A stretch of DNA of 64,000 nt, taken from Nemertoderma westbladi. Its lineage: Eukaryota; Animalia; Xenacoelomorpha. The position numbers were made by a program, and so were the translations under genes. Below the pieces are notes generated by a model that saw nothing but the letters and a program-made list of their open reading frames with translations, was not told where the DNA came from and made no database searches. The stretch lies in contig JAUCBJ010001142.1 in assembly GCA_032718475.1 (NCBI GenBank), positions 1 through 64,000 on the forward strand. The letters are read 5' to 3'. Positions 12,345-24,400 of the stretch are shown here, one piece after another. Numbering within the stretch: the stretch's first letter is position 1; every line of letters begins with the position of its first letter.

Positions 12345-13170
12345 GCAAAAATGCAATTAAAAAATAACCAGACATATACATTGTGGAATAAACTATTTCA
12401 GAAGCCTACAACAGCCATGGCATGGATAGTATTTATGTTATTATATCTGTCATTTACCTGAGATAGCAATACAACATTTATAGTAGAGTCAATAGGAATT
12501 GGAATACAGGAAGGATGTTGGGATGTTGGATTTAAAGAATGCTGTCTGGGCTGGAATAGCAATACTGGTTGCCTATTACTATTCCTCTCTGGTTAGTCTT
12601 AGCAACAACTCCCAGCCAGCTAGCTCCACACCAGCAGAGACTTGACCAATAATGGGAAGGATTAAATTTGTACTCAATAATTGTGCCGTTTAATTACGTT
12701 TAGATCAATTAAAGACACATTTATTAAATCAAATCACTTGAACTAATTAAAAACTGTAATAGAATGGCGTATGTGGATTACATCTGTATAATTTTTAAGT
12801 ATAATTATTTAAATCTTATACTGTAAAACAATTAATTTCCTTTAAAAGGCATGTTGAAAATGGTGTTTTTACCGTAATCAACTTAATTAACTAACTAACT
12901 GCTATTATCTTAGCTTCTCAAAGGCCACACGGAAATTCAACTTGGAAAATTTCTAAACTTTTGCCAAACTACATGTGTACCAAGTTTGGATAGATTTCAT
13001 CAAAGATTGGCCGAGTTATTAACGTTTAAAATTGGACAAGAACGACAGAATGACAGGTTGATTAATGGTACTACTACACTAAGGCTCACTCACTTCGTGG
13101 CTCGCCCCACAGGTTGATTAATGGTACCACTACGCTAAGACTCACTCACTTCGTGGCTCGCCCCACAGGT
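12345..13170 (+). repeat. Dispersed repeat copy 2 (HINE-like) with a duplicated terminal hairpin unit
   Basis: Paralogous to 10400-11400 but without the RTE insert. Ends with two ~56-bp units ACAGGTTGATTAATGGTAC...CTCACTCACTTCGTGGCTCGCCCC. Confidence 0.6.
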
Positions 13171-13307
13171 AAAGCCATGCTACACAAAATATAGGCCATT
13201 CCAGTTGATGTAGGCCTGTTACCGTGTAACACATGGCTACAGACCACAGTAATTATATACCGGTACCGCATTACAATAGTTTTGTTGTGTCAGCGCGTTG
13301 CTTGACC

Positions 13308-13532
13308 CATGGCCTACTATATACTAGTATATTATATATAGTATATATATACTATTATATATATATATATAGTATATATATACTATTATATATATACTAT
13401 ATACAATATACTAGTATATAGTAGTATATACTATACTATACTATACTAGTATATACTAGTATATTATATATATATATATAGTATATATATACTATTATAT
13501 ATATACTATATACTAGTATATAGTAGGCCATG
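13308..13532. mobile_element. 225-bp AT-rich insertion with ~25-bp terminal inverted repeats and flanking direct repeat (MITE-like or templated insertion)
   Basis: CATGGCCTACTATATACTAGTATAT ... ATATACTAGTATATAGTAGGCCATG; CTTGACC at 13301-13307 and 13533-13539. Confidence 0.7.
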
Positions 13533-14596
13533 CTTGACCTAATGCAGTAATACTGTAGTAAGACTACTTTATTATTATACGATACTAAGCGTGTTGGAAG
13601 TAACTCATAACTGATTAGTTTTACATTGCTACATCGGAAAGGGATATCCAACAAATACATCCTGATATTACTGTAGGATAGATCTTTTTTCAGAAGGTAA
13701 GTGAGTGAGCTGAGGCTGCATTCGGGTTTCTTTGAACCATGCCATTAATAATTACAGTATATAAAAAATAACAAAACTATAAAAATAGTTTGAATTCCAT
13801 TTACAAAAAAAGCACTTAAATACATAACTAGTAGCAATAACAAAAATGGTCAGTATCGTACTGGGTCCACTTTAGCCACATGCATTGGTTACAAAATAAG
13901 ATAGATATTCGAGTTATCCTCTAAAGTAGTCAGCTAGGATTGTTGTAACGGTATAGAAAACCAAGCTTGTTATAGTAAATTAGTTACTGTAAATGAGTTA
14001 CTGTAAGGAAGGTAAAGTTTCGTATAAACTTGAAGTCAGACATTTTGAATATTTATTTTTATAATGTGTCTTTTTTTATTTCATTAGTTTGTATTATTCT
14101 GCAATATAGACAGACGTATGGGTCTCGTGCAGCGTTCAGTCCAGAATAAGGCTGCGTTATGAGCAACGAGGATATCACCAGAACTCTGATAAGATGAAAT
14201 AAAGTAACCAAATAATCATCATACAGTAAGAAACAATGATTGTTTAGCAGAATGTCCGATTCTAGCTTGAAAAAATGGTTAGAGTCCCTCCCGCCCCCCA
14301 ATTTTAATCTTATACCAAAGTGTACAAAGTTTGCTATCTGTTAACTTTTAGTGTTTGTGTAAATTGTTCTAGAACATGTTATAATAGTTCTTTTTAAAAA
14401 CATAAAAATTAGTAATATTACTGACTAGCTAGTACTGTTAGATTATGTGAAAATTCGAAAGACTAATATTGTCACTCAATATTATTTATTTTATTCTACA
14501 TTATAAACGTATTCACAATGTCTGACTCCAACTTCATAAAGTACCGAAAGCAAATTAAACTACATTACAAATTGCATCAAAAAGCACCGACAACGC

Positions 14597-15163
14597 TCAT
14601 GCAACAGACTCATCACCATGACTACCAGGACCGGCCTCCAGCATATCTACGCGTTCATTCTGACTCCCATCGTCTCTCCCGTGACGACCTTCACCCCGTC
14701 GTCCTCCTGATGACTCATCTTCATTCTCCTCAACCTCTTCGGAACAACAAAATAATACTTTGAATTTTGAAAATATAGCCGGGAGTTCCAAAATTCCCAT
14801 AAAATATTGGACAACCAACGACACAGCAGCCGCAACGCACACCTCTATTATGATAATAATGAAGTACTTCCAGGCAGCTTGGCTGTCTGTAACCTGCAGG
14901 GCGAAGCTCCACACGGCCGTCTTCCCGCCCACATTACGCGCCGAGCAGTTAAACTGTGTGCGATCCGACTCCCACGAGATGTTCCGTATAGTGAGATTGG
15001 ATACCAGAGAGGTAGTGTTTACCGTAGCAACACTCTCCGTCCGTATTAAGAAACGTCCTTCACCTGTAGTGTGGGAGATTTCCTCCCATTCCTCTCCCTG
15101 TAGGCGGTGCCAGGAGACAGTTGTTGGTAGAGGGTATCCCTGAATTTTGCATGTTATATTAAC
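14597..15163 (-). CDS. Basigin/neuroplastin/embigin-like Ig protein, last exon (membrane-proximal Ig domain, TM with Glu, acidic tail)
   Basis: Acceptor ctaac..ttttctattcag| then VNITCKIQGYPLPTTVSW...SNLTIRNISWESDRTQFNCSARNVGG...LQVTDSQAAWKYFIIIIIEVCVAAAVSLVVQYF. The TM parallels basigin AALWPFLGIVAEVLVL with its intramembrane Glu. In frame with ORF 14597..14932. Confidence 0.82.
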   Translation of the reverse strand, partial: VNITCKIQGYPLPTTVSWHRLQGEEWEEISHTTGEGRFLIRTESVATVNTTSLVSNLTIRNISWESDRTQFNCSARNVGGKTAVWSFALQVTDSQAAWKYFIIIIIEVCVAAAVSLVVQYFMGILELPAIFSKFKVLFCCSEEVEENEDESSGGRRGEGRHGRDDGSQNERVDMLEAGPGSHGDESVA

Positions 15164-15851
15164 CTGAATAGAAAATAAGTTAGATTTTAAACAAATATAA
15201 TAAATATTATTATATATTAAAATTTTATTTCAATGTAGGCCTATCAGTGATATCATCATAACGCTGCAAAGAAACACATATAAAAAATATAAATTTTATA
15301 TTTTTCGTTTCAAGATTTTATTTACATCCAGTTCTTACTACATATACTATAATAATACTATAATATTATACTATAATAACTTACCAGTATCGCTAACAAC
15401 TATCCAGCTAGCGAGATGCGAAAGAATTATAGATTGCTTAAAGCAGGTTTGCATTTGATCTCTGTACATATTATACAGTATCATATGCTTCAACACAACT
15501 CTAACTCTATTTTTAAGGTGAAGGTTTATTTTATATTTTTATGTGTTACAATAATTTGAATTGAGTGTATGTATTTTTGTCTATGCTTCCATGATGCCTA
15601 GACAATGAGGCTTATTATATTAGATTTATATATATATATAATATACTACATGGCGATACTTATTTATTTATATTTTAATTATAATATAATATTAATAAAT
15701 ATTAATAATTAATTAATCAAATTTCTTATACAACAAATAACCAGCAAAATTAAATTTGGGATTACTATACTGCTATACTACACTGCCAGACTGTCTGGCG
15801 CCAACGTATTATTATATTGTATTACTCGCTTTATTTCTCGATTGGAATTAG

Positions 15852-18800
15852 TTGTTAGAGATGCAACAAGGGTCCCAACGTTGCTGTAACTGTGGGGTGC
15901 GCTCATGTGCCCCAACTAGCCGATGCGGCTGCGTTCGATCGAAGCGTCCTTGTGGAAGCTGTACCCCATTGTCTACGGGAAACTGTGAAAACCCTTTTTC
16001 GACTACCTTGATCCCGGCTACTTCGACCCCCAGTCATTTTAGTGACCCAGTTCTAGCTCAACCATATGTCGATGGGGCCCAAGGCGGTTCGGTTCAGTCG
16101 AGTTCCATTGATCCTCCAGTCGCCCAGGTCCAACTTCCAGTGCAACCCCGGCAGGTTCTTTCGACTACGGAAGTTCTGGAGACCGCGTTCGAGGGGGTGT
16201 GGTTAAACAGCCCCGGTTCCTCTACAGACCAAATGTGGGAAGACCGACACACCCGCCTGACCCGCCTACCCAGCCACCGTTATATCGTCCCGGGAGGAAA
16301 CGCAGGGAGAAAGGTTGTCGATGTCCTCACCCAGGAAATCGATAATCTTACAGGTGGGGTTTTCCCATCTGAGCGTCCAATGTGCTTCATAGCCATGGTC
16401 TTCCAGCGGGACCCTGATGTGGTCAAGACCCCAGATATTAGAAGGACTATCCTGAGGCGTGTGGGGATGTGGGAGATGGGTGAGTTTGACTCCCTTCTTA
16501 CCGAGGCCGAACGTTGTAACTCAAAGTTTCCTATCCGGTTTACGCGTGGTTCGAACATGGATAATGCGGCAAGAGTTTATAATAGGAAAATCCTAGCAGG
16601 TATGAACCGGGCGGCGATTCGATCCGTGACAGACCGTGAAACCGGCGGTATCCTCGACCCGAATGCACAGGCGGTGGGTCAGCCCCCGGGAGTCACCGTC
16701 CGTGATGTTCTTCAATCGAAACATCCACCCCAAATGGCGGTTTCGCCAGACGCATTCGAACATTGCCCTGACCCCCCGCCTTTTGAGGGGGTCGACGTTA
16801 CGGGACAGGTGGTGTTGAAGGTAGCCCGATCTCTCAGTGGCAGCGCTGGTCCTGCCGGTGGTGATGCCGAGTGGTGGAGCGCCGTATTGACCCGCTATGA
16901 AGCACACAGCGCCCGGCTCCGAGTGGCAGTGTCTGGGTTGGCACGTCGACTCGCCAACACCATCGTACCGTGGTCCGAGATAAGGGCCCTGCGTGCCTGT
17001 CGTCTGGTTGCGCTTGACACACTGCCCGGGGTTCGCCCGATTGGTGTCGGTGAGGTCCTATACAGGCTTCTATCAAACTGCATCGCGTTTGTAACCAAAA
17101 TGGACCTCATTGCCCAGTGTGGGGCCGATCAACTCTGTGCTGGAGTAAAGGCTGGCATCGAGGGTGCGGTCCACGCAATGTCGGCCATTTTTGAGGAGGA
17201 GGATACCGAGGTAATGCTGTTGGTCGATGCTACAAATGCTTTCAACAGCATCAGTCGTCCAGTCGGTCTCTGGAACTGTCGGATATATTGGCACCGGGCT
17301 TCTACGTTCCTATATAACGCCTACAACGGCCACGCTGCTCTCTATATTCACGGGAGTGAAGGTCCCCCACTGTGGAGCCAAGAGGGTTGGACCCAGGGTG
17401 ATCCAATCGCTATGCTAGCATATGGCGGGGGTGTTATCCCTATGATTAGGAAGTTGCGGTCGATAACGGCCTCAGCCTCACTCCATCCCGTCTCATCTCT
17501 GGGTTCCAACATATATGCCTCCCCTGTTGCCTCCACCCCACTTGACAACTCCCAGGGCCCATCCATTTTGGAATCAACTCCTTCCGGCGATCTGAACTCC
17601 ACTCTGGGCTCCTCCAGTTTGGACGCTATATTGGTCACTTCCACTCCGCCATGGGATCTCGACTCCACTCAGGGCTCCTCCAGTTTGGACGCTATATTGG
17701 TCGCCTCCACTCCGCCATGGGATCTTGACTCCACTCCGGGCTCCTCCAGTTTGGATGCTAGTTTGGTCGCCTCCACTGCTCCATGGGATCCTGACACCAC
17801 TCCGGGCTCCTCCAGTTTGGATGCTACATTGGTCGCCTCCACTCCGCCATGGGATCCTGACTCCATTCCTGGCTCCTCCAGTTTGGACGCTACATCTGTC
17901 GCCTCCACTCCTCCATGGGAACCTGACCCTACTCCGGGCTCCCCCAGGGAATTTGACTCCTCTCCTGTTCCAGGATCATATACAGGTGATGCCCAAGAGT
18001 CACTCGATGTGTCATCAGGTTCCATCAACGAATCCCAGCGACAGTGCTGGTATGCAGACGATGCCTCCTCAGCCGGCTCGCTCAGGGGGGTCTGGAGCTG
18101 GTGGCGTGAGCTGTGTAAACTGGGACCTGGTATAGGATACAACCCCAAGCCGACTAAGAGCTTCTTAATCGTCAAGCCGGATTTCGAGGACGAGGCACAG
18201 GCGCTGTTTGGTCCATCAGGAATCCAGATCGTGTTGGGACAGAGGTTTCTCGGTGGCTACATTGGTTCAACAGTCGGCCGGAAGGAGTATGTAGCGGATA
18301 AAGTAGCTGGCTGGGTCAAAAGTATCGAGCGGCTTTCTGAAATCGCCAAACAGTTCCCTCAAACCGCTCACACCGGGATGTCGAGATGCCTACAAGCCGA
18401 GTGGGACTACCTCCTGCGTGTAGTACCTGTTGACGAGGAAGACCTCATACCCATACGGACAGCACTCACGCAAGAGTATCTCCCGTCCCTGTTTGGTGTC
18501 CACGTTGGGCCTATCCCGTTTGTTCCTTCTCCCCGCTCGTCATGGTGGTGTCGGGTTACGAGACCCGCTAATGCGGGTTGGTCCAGCCCGGTCAGCATCC
18601 ACCGACGGGACCTCACTGGTCTCTGAGGCTGTCCGGTCCGGCCAGCCACTCCATGCTGCTGACCACGTCGCCAGACTCAGAGAAGTCCTAAAGGAGGCGC
18701 GGGTTTACCAGGATGCCGTATATACGGCGAAACAGGAGGCGACCGTACGGGAGCTACCCGCCGACAGAAGGCGGACAGTGGAGCGGGCAACCCAGCACAG

Positions 18801-19575
18801 GACCGTAGGCTGGTTGACAGCCCAGCCATCGGTGCTGGACAACACGGACCTAAGCCCGGAGGAGTTCCGGGATTGTCTGGCGCTCCGGTATGGCCTTGTA
18901 CCCCCGGATTTGCCTGTGAAGTGTGAGGGGTGTGGGGGCCCATTCTCCACATCCCATGCTTTGAGCTGCAAGTCCGGTGGGCTGGTGATAAAGCGCCATG
19001 ATGAGGCCCGGGAGGTATTCGGGGAGCTGATAGCCTCTGTGGTTGGTCCTTCCAGCGTTGAGCGGGAAGTGACTCTTTCCAGGGGGTACTTGGATCGGGA
19101 GGGCCGGGAGGTGGGGGGCGTACGGGCAGACCTGGTTGCTCGGGGGGTCTGGGCCAATCAACGGGTGGCGTCGTTCGACATTGCGTTAATCAACGCTGAC
19201 GCCACCTCATATGTCCAGACCAACCGTTCAACTGAGTCTCTCCTGGAGGAGAGGTGTCGGCTGAAGAAGCGACACTACCAGACCGTCTGCAACGACCGGA
19301 GGATGGCCTTCACCCCCCTGGTTGGCACCACCGATGGTGTCTGGTGCACCGAGGCTCAAATACTAATTCGCCATCTAGCGGAGTCACTTGTGGCTCGGCG
19401 GGATGGTATGCGTGAGAGGGGCCTCGCGTGCGTGCTGGGGGGTGTTCGCCGGCGGCTGCAGTTCGCGCTCCTCCGGTCTAGCTCCCTCTGCCTCCGTGGA
19501 GGTCGGCGTCCGTGGCGGGGCTTGGGATTTGGAGACGGTGCGGGTTTGCGTGGCGCTGATTTGGGTAACTACTGA
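15852..19575 (+). mobile_element. CRE-clade non-LTR retrotransposon (RT + restriction-like endonuclease), one frameshift near 18510
   Basis: N-terminal Cys cluster; RT motifs GVRPIGVGE, QLCAG..GIEGAVHAM, LLVDATNAFNS, TQGDP, WYADD, RFLGG; LPARHGGVG; CCHC (CEGC..HALSC), RHD, RADL..FDI..KKRHY (PD-D/ExK), RLQFALLRSS.LCLRG. GC-rich island in an AT-rich intron. Confidence 0.88.
17580..17960 (+). repeat. 66-bp (22-aa) in-frame tandem repeat, ~5.5 copies, inside the RT domain
   Basis: GGCTCCTCCAGTTTGGA recurs at ~17606, 17672, 17738, 17804 and 17870, partial at 17936; peptide GSSSLDAILVASTPPWDLDSTP. Confidence 0.95.
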
Positions 19576-20201
19576 TTACAGTAATTATTGTATTAAGTAA
19601 ATTTATCAGCATTTATTAATCATTTATTCTACAGTAAATATATTATTTTATTTAACTGAAATTATAATATAATAATAATAATTTTGAGATTAATAAAATA
19701 ATTAATTAATAATTAATAATTAATATTAATAAATATAATATTTTATTTTTTGTTTTGCAACCGTCGGTATTTTATTGCCTAACTACCGGTACGTAAATAG
19801 TTTTTCCATAAAGGCTCATATAACATTAATTAAAGTAAATTTTTATTATTTAAATATGCGATACTTAATTATTCCATCATGAACTTTTCAAACTAAATAT
19901 TATAATATTAATAATGTTTTGCTCTCTGTGCTGCTTAAAATTATTGAAATCAAAATTTAACAGTTAGATTGAAATTACTGTTCCGTAGAAGTTCAGCATC
20001 AATATTCACAGCAAAACTTTCCACATACTGTACAGTATAATATGAAATTTTTGCTGCCAAATGATGTGGGCTACGAACCATAACGACAAAATACCAAAAT
20101 TTTTAATCTGAGAGTTGCTTAGCAACACAAACGAACTTGACACAATGGATCTGATTAGTTTTATTAATTGATTTTATTTAATTGTATTAATAATTTCCAA
20201 C

Positions 20202-20906
20202 CTCTTTTCCCATTCTAGCTCTCTTGGATGCAGGTTTACTGTTAGTAATTCTAAGATCGCAGTTTAACTCGAATATTGTCCAATTTGTCTTTATTTCATT
20301 CTCGTGGGTAACCTGTACGATGAAAGCCCCGCAATCAGTGGCAACGCTGAAGTTTTTAATAACAACGCCTCCTCGGCAATCATTCACAACTTCGTATCGA
20401 GAAGGAGTAACATATTTATCCTCCTTTGATCTGTCTGTGCTGCAGATGAGGTCACCCTGCTTTCCCTTTAAGACATCGACTTGTTGAAACTTTGTAATGT
20501 TAAAGTTGATGCTAACTTTGTCCCCTTTCTTTGGGTGTTGCGTGTTCTTCGGTGCATCCATTCGAATAGTTAGATTCGTGCCATTTACTCCACATTGAAA
20601 ATTTAAACATTGAAACATTCCACATTTTTCAATCCCTTTTTTTGTGACACCCAACTCATTGATTGTCAGAATGGAATCATTACTATTGTCCGTGACAACT
20701 ACTACATTACCATCGACTGAATCATTAATAGGACCCCCCTTGCCATCATATATCTTTGCGTTTTCGCATGTAAAATTAATCCGCTCACCGTAACTGCAGT
20801 TAACTGAGTCTTCTTCTACAAGTGTGGAAACGTTACAATAATTAATTGTACCATTTATTCCACACAGAAGTGAAGAAATTGATATGGTAATTATAAATAT
20901 CAGCAT
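20202..20906 (-). CDS. Probable first exon of the basigin-like gene (signal peptide plus ~2 divergent Ig-like domains, many N-glycosylation sequons)
   Basis: Hydrophobic N-terminus MLIFIITISISSLLCG; GERINFTC...SILTINEL..CGMFQC Ig pattern. A phase-0 donor GAG|GTTGGA at 20202 joins KRARMGKE|VNITCKIQGYP into a continuous I-set A'-B strand. The donor is non-optimal. Confidence 0.65.
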
Positions 20907-21261
20907 AGCTATTTATTTGCGAACTTTTAAATAATCTCTCTTTTTTTATTTAATTAGTTAAAATACGCCTAATTATTCTAGAAACGCCTACCGTTAAAAT
21001 ATAAAACAAATACAAATAATGTAAGAGATGTTTATAAAACATGTCTATATTACTAACAATAAACGAAAATTAATATGGTAGGCCTACAGTACTGGTGTGT
21101 TATGGGTACACCCTTCTCTCCAAATGTTATTATAGCTAGTTTTTGCTATTTTTTCGCCTAGAGTTTAGTACGTTTTTTAATGAAAATAATGCATAAATTG
21201 CTTCCTTAGTATATTTACAATTATTAATTTTCTTAAATGTTTCTTAAATTTTTAAAATATC

Positions 21262-21482
21262 CCCTTTATTGTCCGCAAAAGTGCGGTCAATAAAGACATT
21301 AATATCCGCCTTTGTGGACAATAAGGACTATTATTCGATTAAAAAAAAGTAAGCGGAAAACACCAGTTTTTTTCAATCATTTTCAATTTAACGAAATTCA
21401 ACTATTCTGTCCGAGTGGTTGAGTTTTACAAGAGTTGGCAGGTTTTTAGCACCAGCGAAGCGAGTGTTAAAATGCCAACGAT
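21262..21482. repeat. Hairpin-rich left flank of the satellite (probable non-autonomous element)
   Basis: CTTTATTGTCCGCA pairs with TGCGGTCAATAAAG and with TTTGTGGACAATAAG. GTTGGCA..TTTTAGCAC / GCGAAGC / GTGTTAAAATGCCAAC hairpin ends just before the array. Confidence 0.55.
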
Positions 21483-24400
21483 AGGTGCGTAGCAGTAGGG
21501 TTAGGAATTAGTCACACTAGCCTGGGAGGTGCGTAGCAGTAGGGTTAGGAATTAGTCTCACTAGCCTGTGAGGTGCGTAGCAGTAGGGTTAGGAATTAGT
21601 CAAACTAGCCTGTGAGGTGCGTAGCAGTAGGGTTAGGAATTAGTCACACTAGCCTGGGAGGTGTGTAGCAGTAGGGTTAGGAATTAGTCACACTAGCCAG
21701 TGTGATGCGTAGCAGTAGGGTTAGGAATTAATCACACTAGCCTGTGAGGTGCGTAGCAGTAGGGTTAGGAATTAGTCACACTAGCCTGTGAGGTGCGTAG
21801 CAGTTGGGTTAGGAATTAGTCAAACTAGCCTGTGAGGTGCGTAGCAGTTGGGTTAGGAATTAGTCAAACTAGCCTGGGAGGTGCGTAGCAGTAGGGTTAG
21901 GAATTAGTCAAACTAGCCTGTGAGGTGCGTAGCAGTAGGGTTAGGAATTAGTCAAACTAGCCTGTGAGGTGCGTAGCAGTTGGGTTAGGAATTAGTCAAA
22001 CTAGCCTGTGAGGTGCGTAGCAGTTGGGTTAGGAATTAGTCAAACTAGCCTGTGAGGTGCGTAGCAGTTGGGTTAGGAATTAGTCAAACTAGCCTGGGAG
22101 GTGCGTAGCAGTAGGGTTAGGAATTAGTCAAACTAGCCTGTGAGGTGCGTAGCAGTAGGGTTAGGAATTAGTCAAACTAGCCTGTGAGGTGCGTAGCAGT
22201 TGGGTTAGGAATTAGTCAAACTAGCCTGTGAGGTGCGTAGCAGTTGGGTTAGGAATTAGTCAAACTAGCCTGTGAGGTGCGTAGCAGTTGGGTTAGGAAT
22301 TAGTCAAACTAGCCTGGGAGGTGCGTAGCAGTAGGGTTAGGAATTAGTCAAACTAGCCTGTGAGGTGCGTAGCAGTTGGGTTAGGAATTAGTCAAACTAG
22401 CCTGTGAGGTGCGTAGCAGTTGGGTTAGGAATTAGTCAAACTAGCCTGTGAGGTGCGTAGCAGTTGGGTTAGGAATTAGTCAAACTAGCCTGGGAGGTGC
22501 GTAGCAGTAGGGTTAGGAATTAGTCAAACTAGCCTGTGAGGTGCGTAGCAGTTGGGTTAGGAATTAGTCAAACTAGCCTGTGAGGTGCGTAGCAGTTGGG
22601 TTAGGAATTAGTCAAACTAGCCTGTGAGGTGCGTAGCAGTTGGGTTAGGAATTAGTCAAACTAGCCTGGGAGGTGCGTAGCAGTAGGGTTAGGAATTAGT
22701 CAAACTAGCCTGTGAGGTGCGTAGCAGTAGGGTTAGGAATTAGTCACACTAGCCTGGGAGGTGCGTAGCAGTTGGGTTAGGAATTAGTCAAACTAGCCTG
22801 GGAGGTGCGTAGCAGTAGGGTTAGGAATAAGTCACACTAGCCTGGGAGGTGGGTAGCAGTAGGGTTAGGAATTAATCACACTAGCCTGTGAGGTGCGTAG
22901 CAGTTGGGTTAGGAATTAGTCAAACTAGCCTGGGAGGTGCGTAGCAGTAGGGTTGGAATTAGTCAAACTAGCCTGTGAGGTGCGTAGCAGTTGGGTTAGG
23001 AATTAGTCAAACTAGCCTGTGAGGTGCGTAGCAGTTGGGTTAGGAATTAGTCAAACTAGCCTGTGAGGTGCGTAGCAGTTGGGTTAGGAATTAGTCAAAC
23101 TAGCCTGTGAGGTGCGTAGCAGTTGGGTTAGGAATTAGTCAAACTAGCCTGTGAGGTGCGTAGCAGTTGGGTTAGGAATTAGTCACACTAGCCTGTGAGG
23201 TGCGTAGCAGTAGGGTTAGGAATTAGTCTCACTAGCCTGGGAGGTGCGCAGCAGTAGGGTTAGGAATTAGTCACACTAGCCTGGGAGGTGCGTAGCAGTA
23301 GGGTTAGGAATTAGTCAAACTAGCCTGTGAGGTGCGTAGCAGTTGGGTTAGGAATTAGTCACACTAGCCTGTGAGGTGCGTAGCAGTAGGGTTAGGAATT
23401 AGTCTCACTAGCCTGGGAGGTGCGCAGCAGTAGGGTTAGGAATTAGTCACACTAGCCTGGGAGGTGCGTAGCAGTAGGGTTAGGAATTAGTCAAACTAGC
23501 CTGTGAGGTGCGTAGCAGTTGGGTTAGGAATTAGTCACACTAGCCTGTGAGGTGCGTAGCAGTAGGGTTAGGAATTAGTCTCACTAGCCTGTGAGGTGCG
23601 TAGCAGTAGGGTTAGGAATTAGTCTCACTAGCCTGGGAGGTGCGCAGCAGTAGGGTTAGGAATTAGTCACACTAGCCTGGGAGGTGCGTAGCAGTAGGGT
23701 TAGGAATTAGTCAAACTAGCCTGTGAGGTGCGTAGCAGTTGGGTTAGGAATTAGTCACACTAGCCTGTGAGGTGCGTAGCAGTAGGGTTAGGAATTAGTC
23801 ACACTAGCCTGTGAGGTGCGTAGCAGTAGGGTTAGGAATTAGTCTCACTAGCCTGTGAGGTGCGTAGCAGTAGGGTTAGGAATTAGTCACATTAGCCTGG
23901 GAGGTGCGTAGCAGTAGGGTTAGGAATTAGTCAAACTAGCCTGTGAGGTGCGTAGCAGTAGGGTTAGGAATTAATCACACTAGCCTGTGAGGTGCGTAGC
24001 AGTAGGGTTATGAATTAGTCACACTAGCCTGGGAGGTGCGTAGCAGTAGGGTTAGGAATTAGTCTCACTAGCCTGTGAGGTGCGTAGCAGTTGGGTTAGG
24101 AATTAGTCTCACTAGCCTGGGAGGTGCGTAGCAGTAGGGTTAGGAATTAATCACACTAGCCTGGGAGGTGCATAGTAGGTGGGTTAGGAATTAGTCAAAC
24201 TAGCCTGTGAGGTGCGTAGCAGTAGGGTTAGGAATTAATCACACTAGCCTGTGAGGTGCGTAGCAGTAGGATTAGGAATTAGTCACACTAGCCTGTGAGG
24301 TGCGTAGCAGTAGGGTTAGGAATTAGTCACACTAGCCTGTGAGGTGCGTAGCAGTTGGGTTAGGAAATAGTCACACTAGTCTGGGAGGTGCGTAGCAGTT

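Noticed and set aside
15385-15454. Candidate signal-peptide exon (- strand, MQTCFKQSIILSHLASWIVVSDTG|GTAAGT)
   Set aside because: It ends in phase 1; splicing to the 15163 acceptor gives an immediate stop (GGT TAA). It could be a non-coding or alternative exon but is unsupported.
17455-18040. Intein or spliceosomal intron in the RT
   Set aside because: No intein terminal motifs (C-terminal HN); the candidate GT/AG pairs I checked do not restore the frame.
16280-19600. Many overlapping short ORFs in the CRE element and antisense to gag
   Set aside because: Shadow ORFs of GC-rich or repetitive coding sequence.
21104-21122. Similarity of GTACACCCTTCTCTC to GTATACCCTTTCACTC (60409) as element boundaries
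   Set aside because: Short, imperfect and in direct orientation; cannot be distinguished from chance without other copies.
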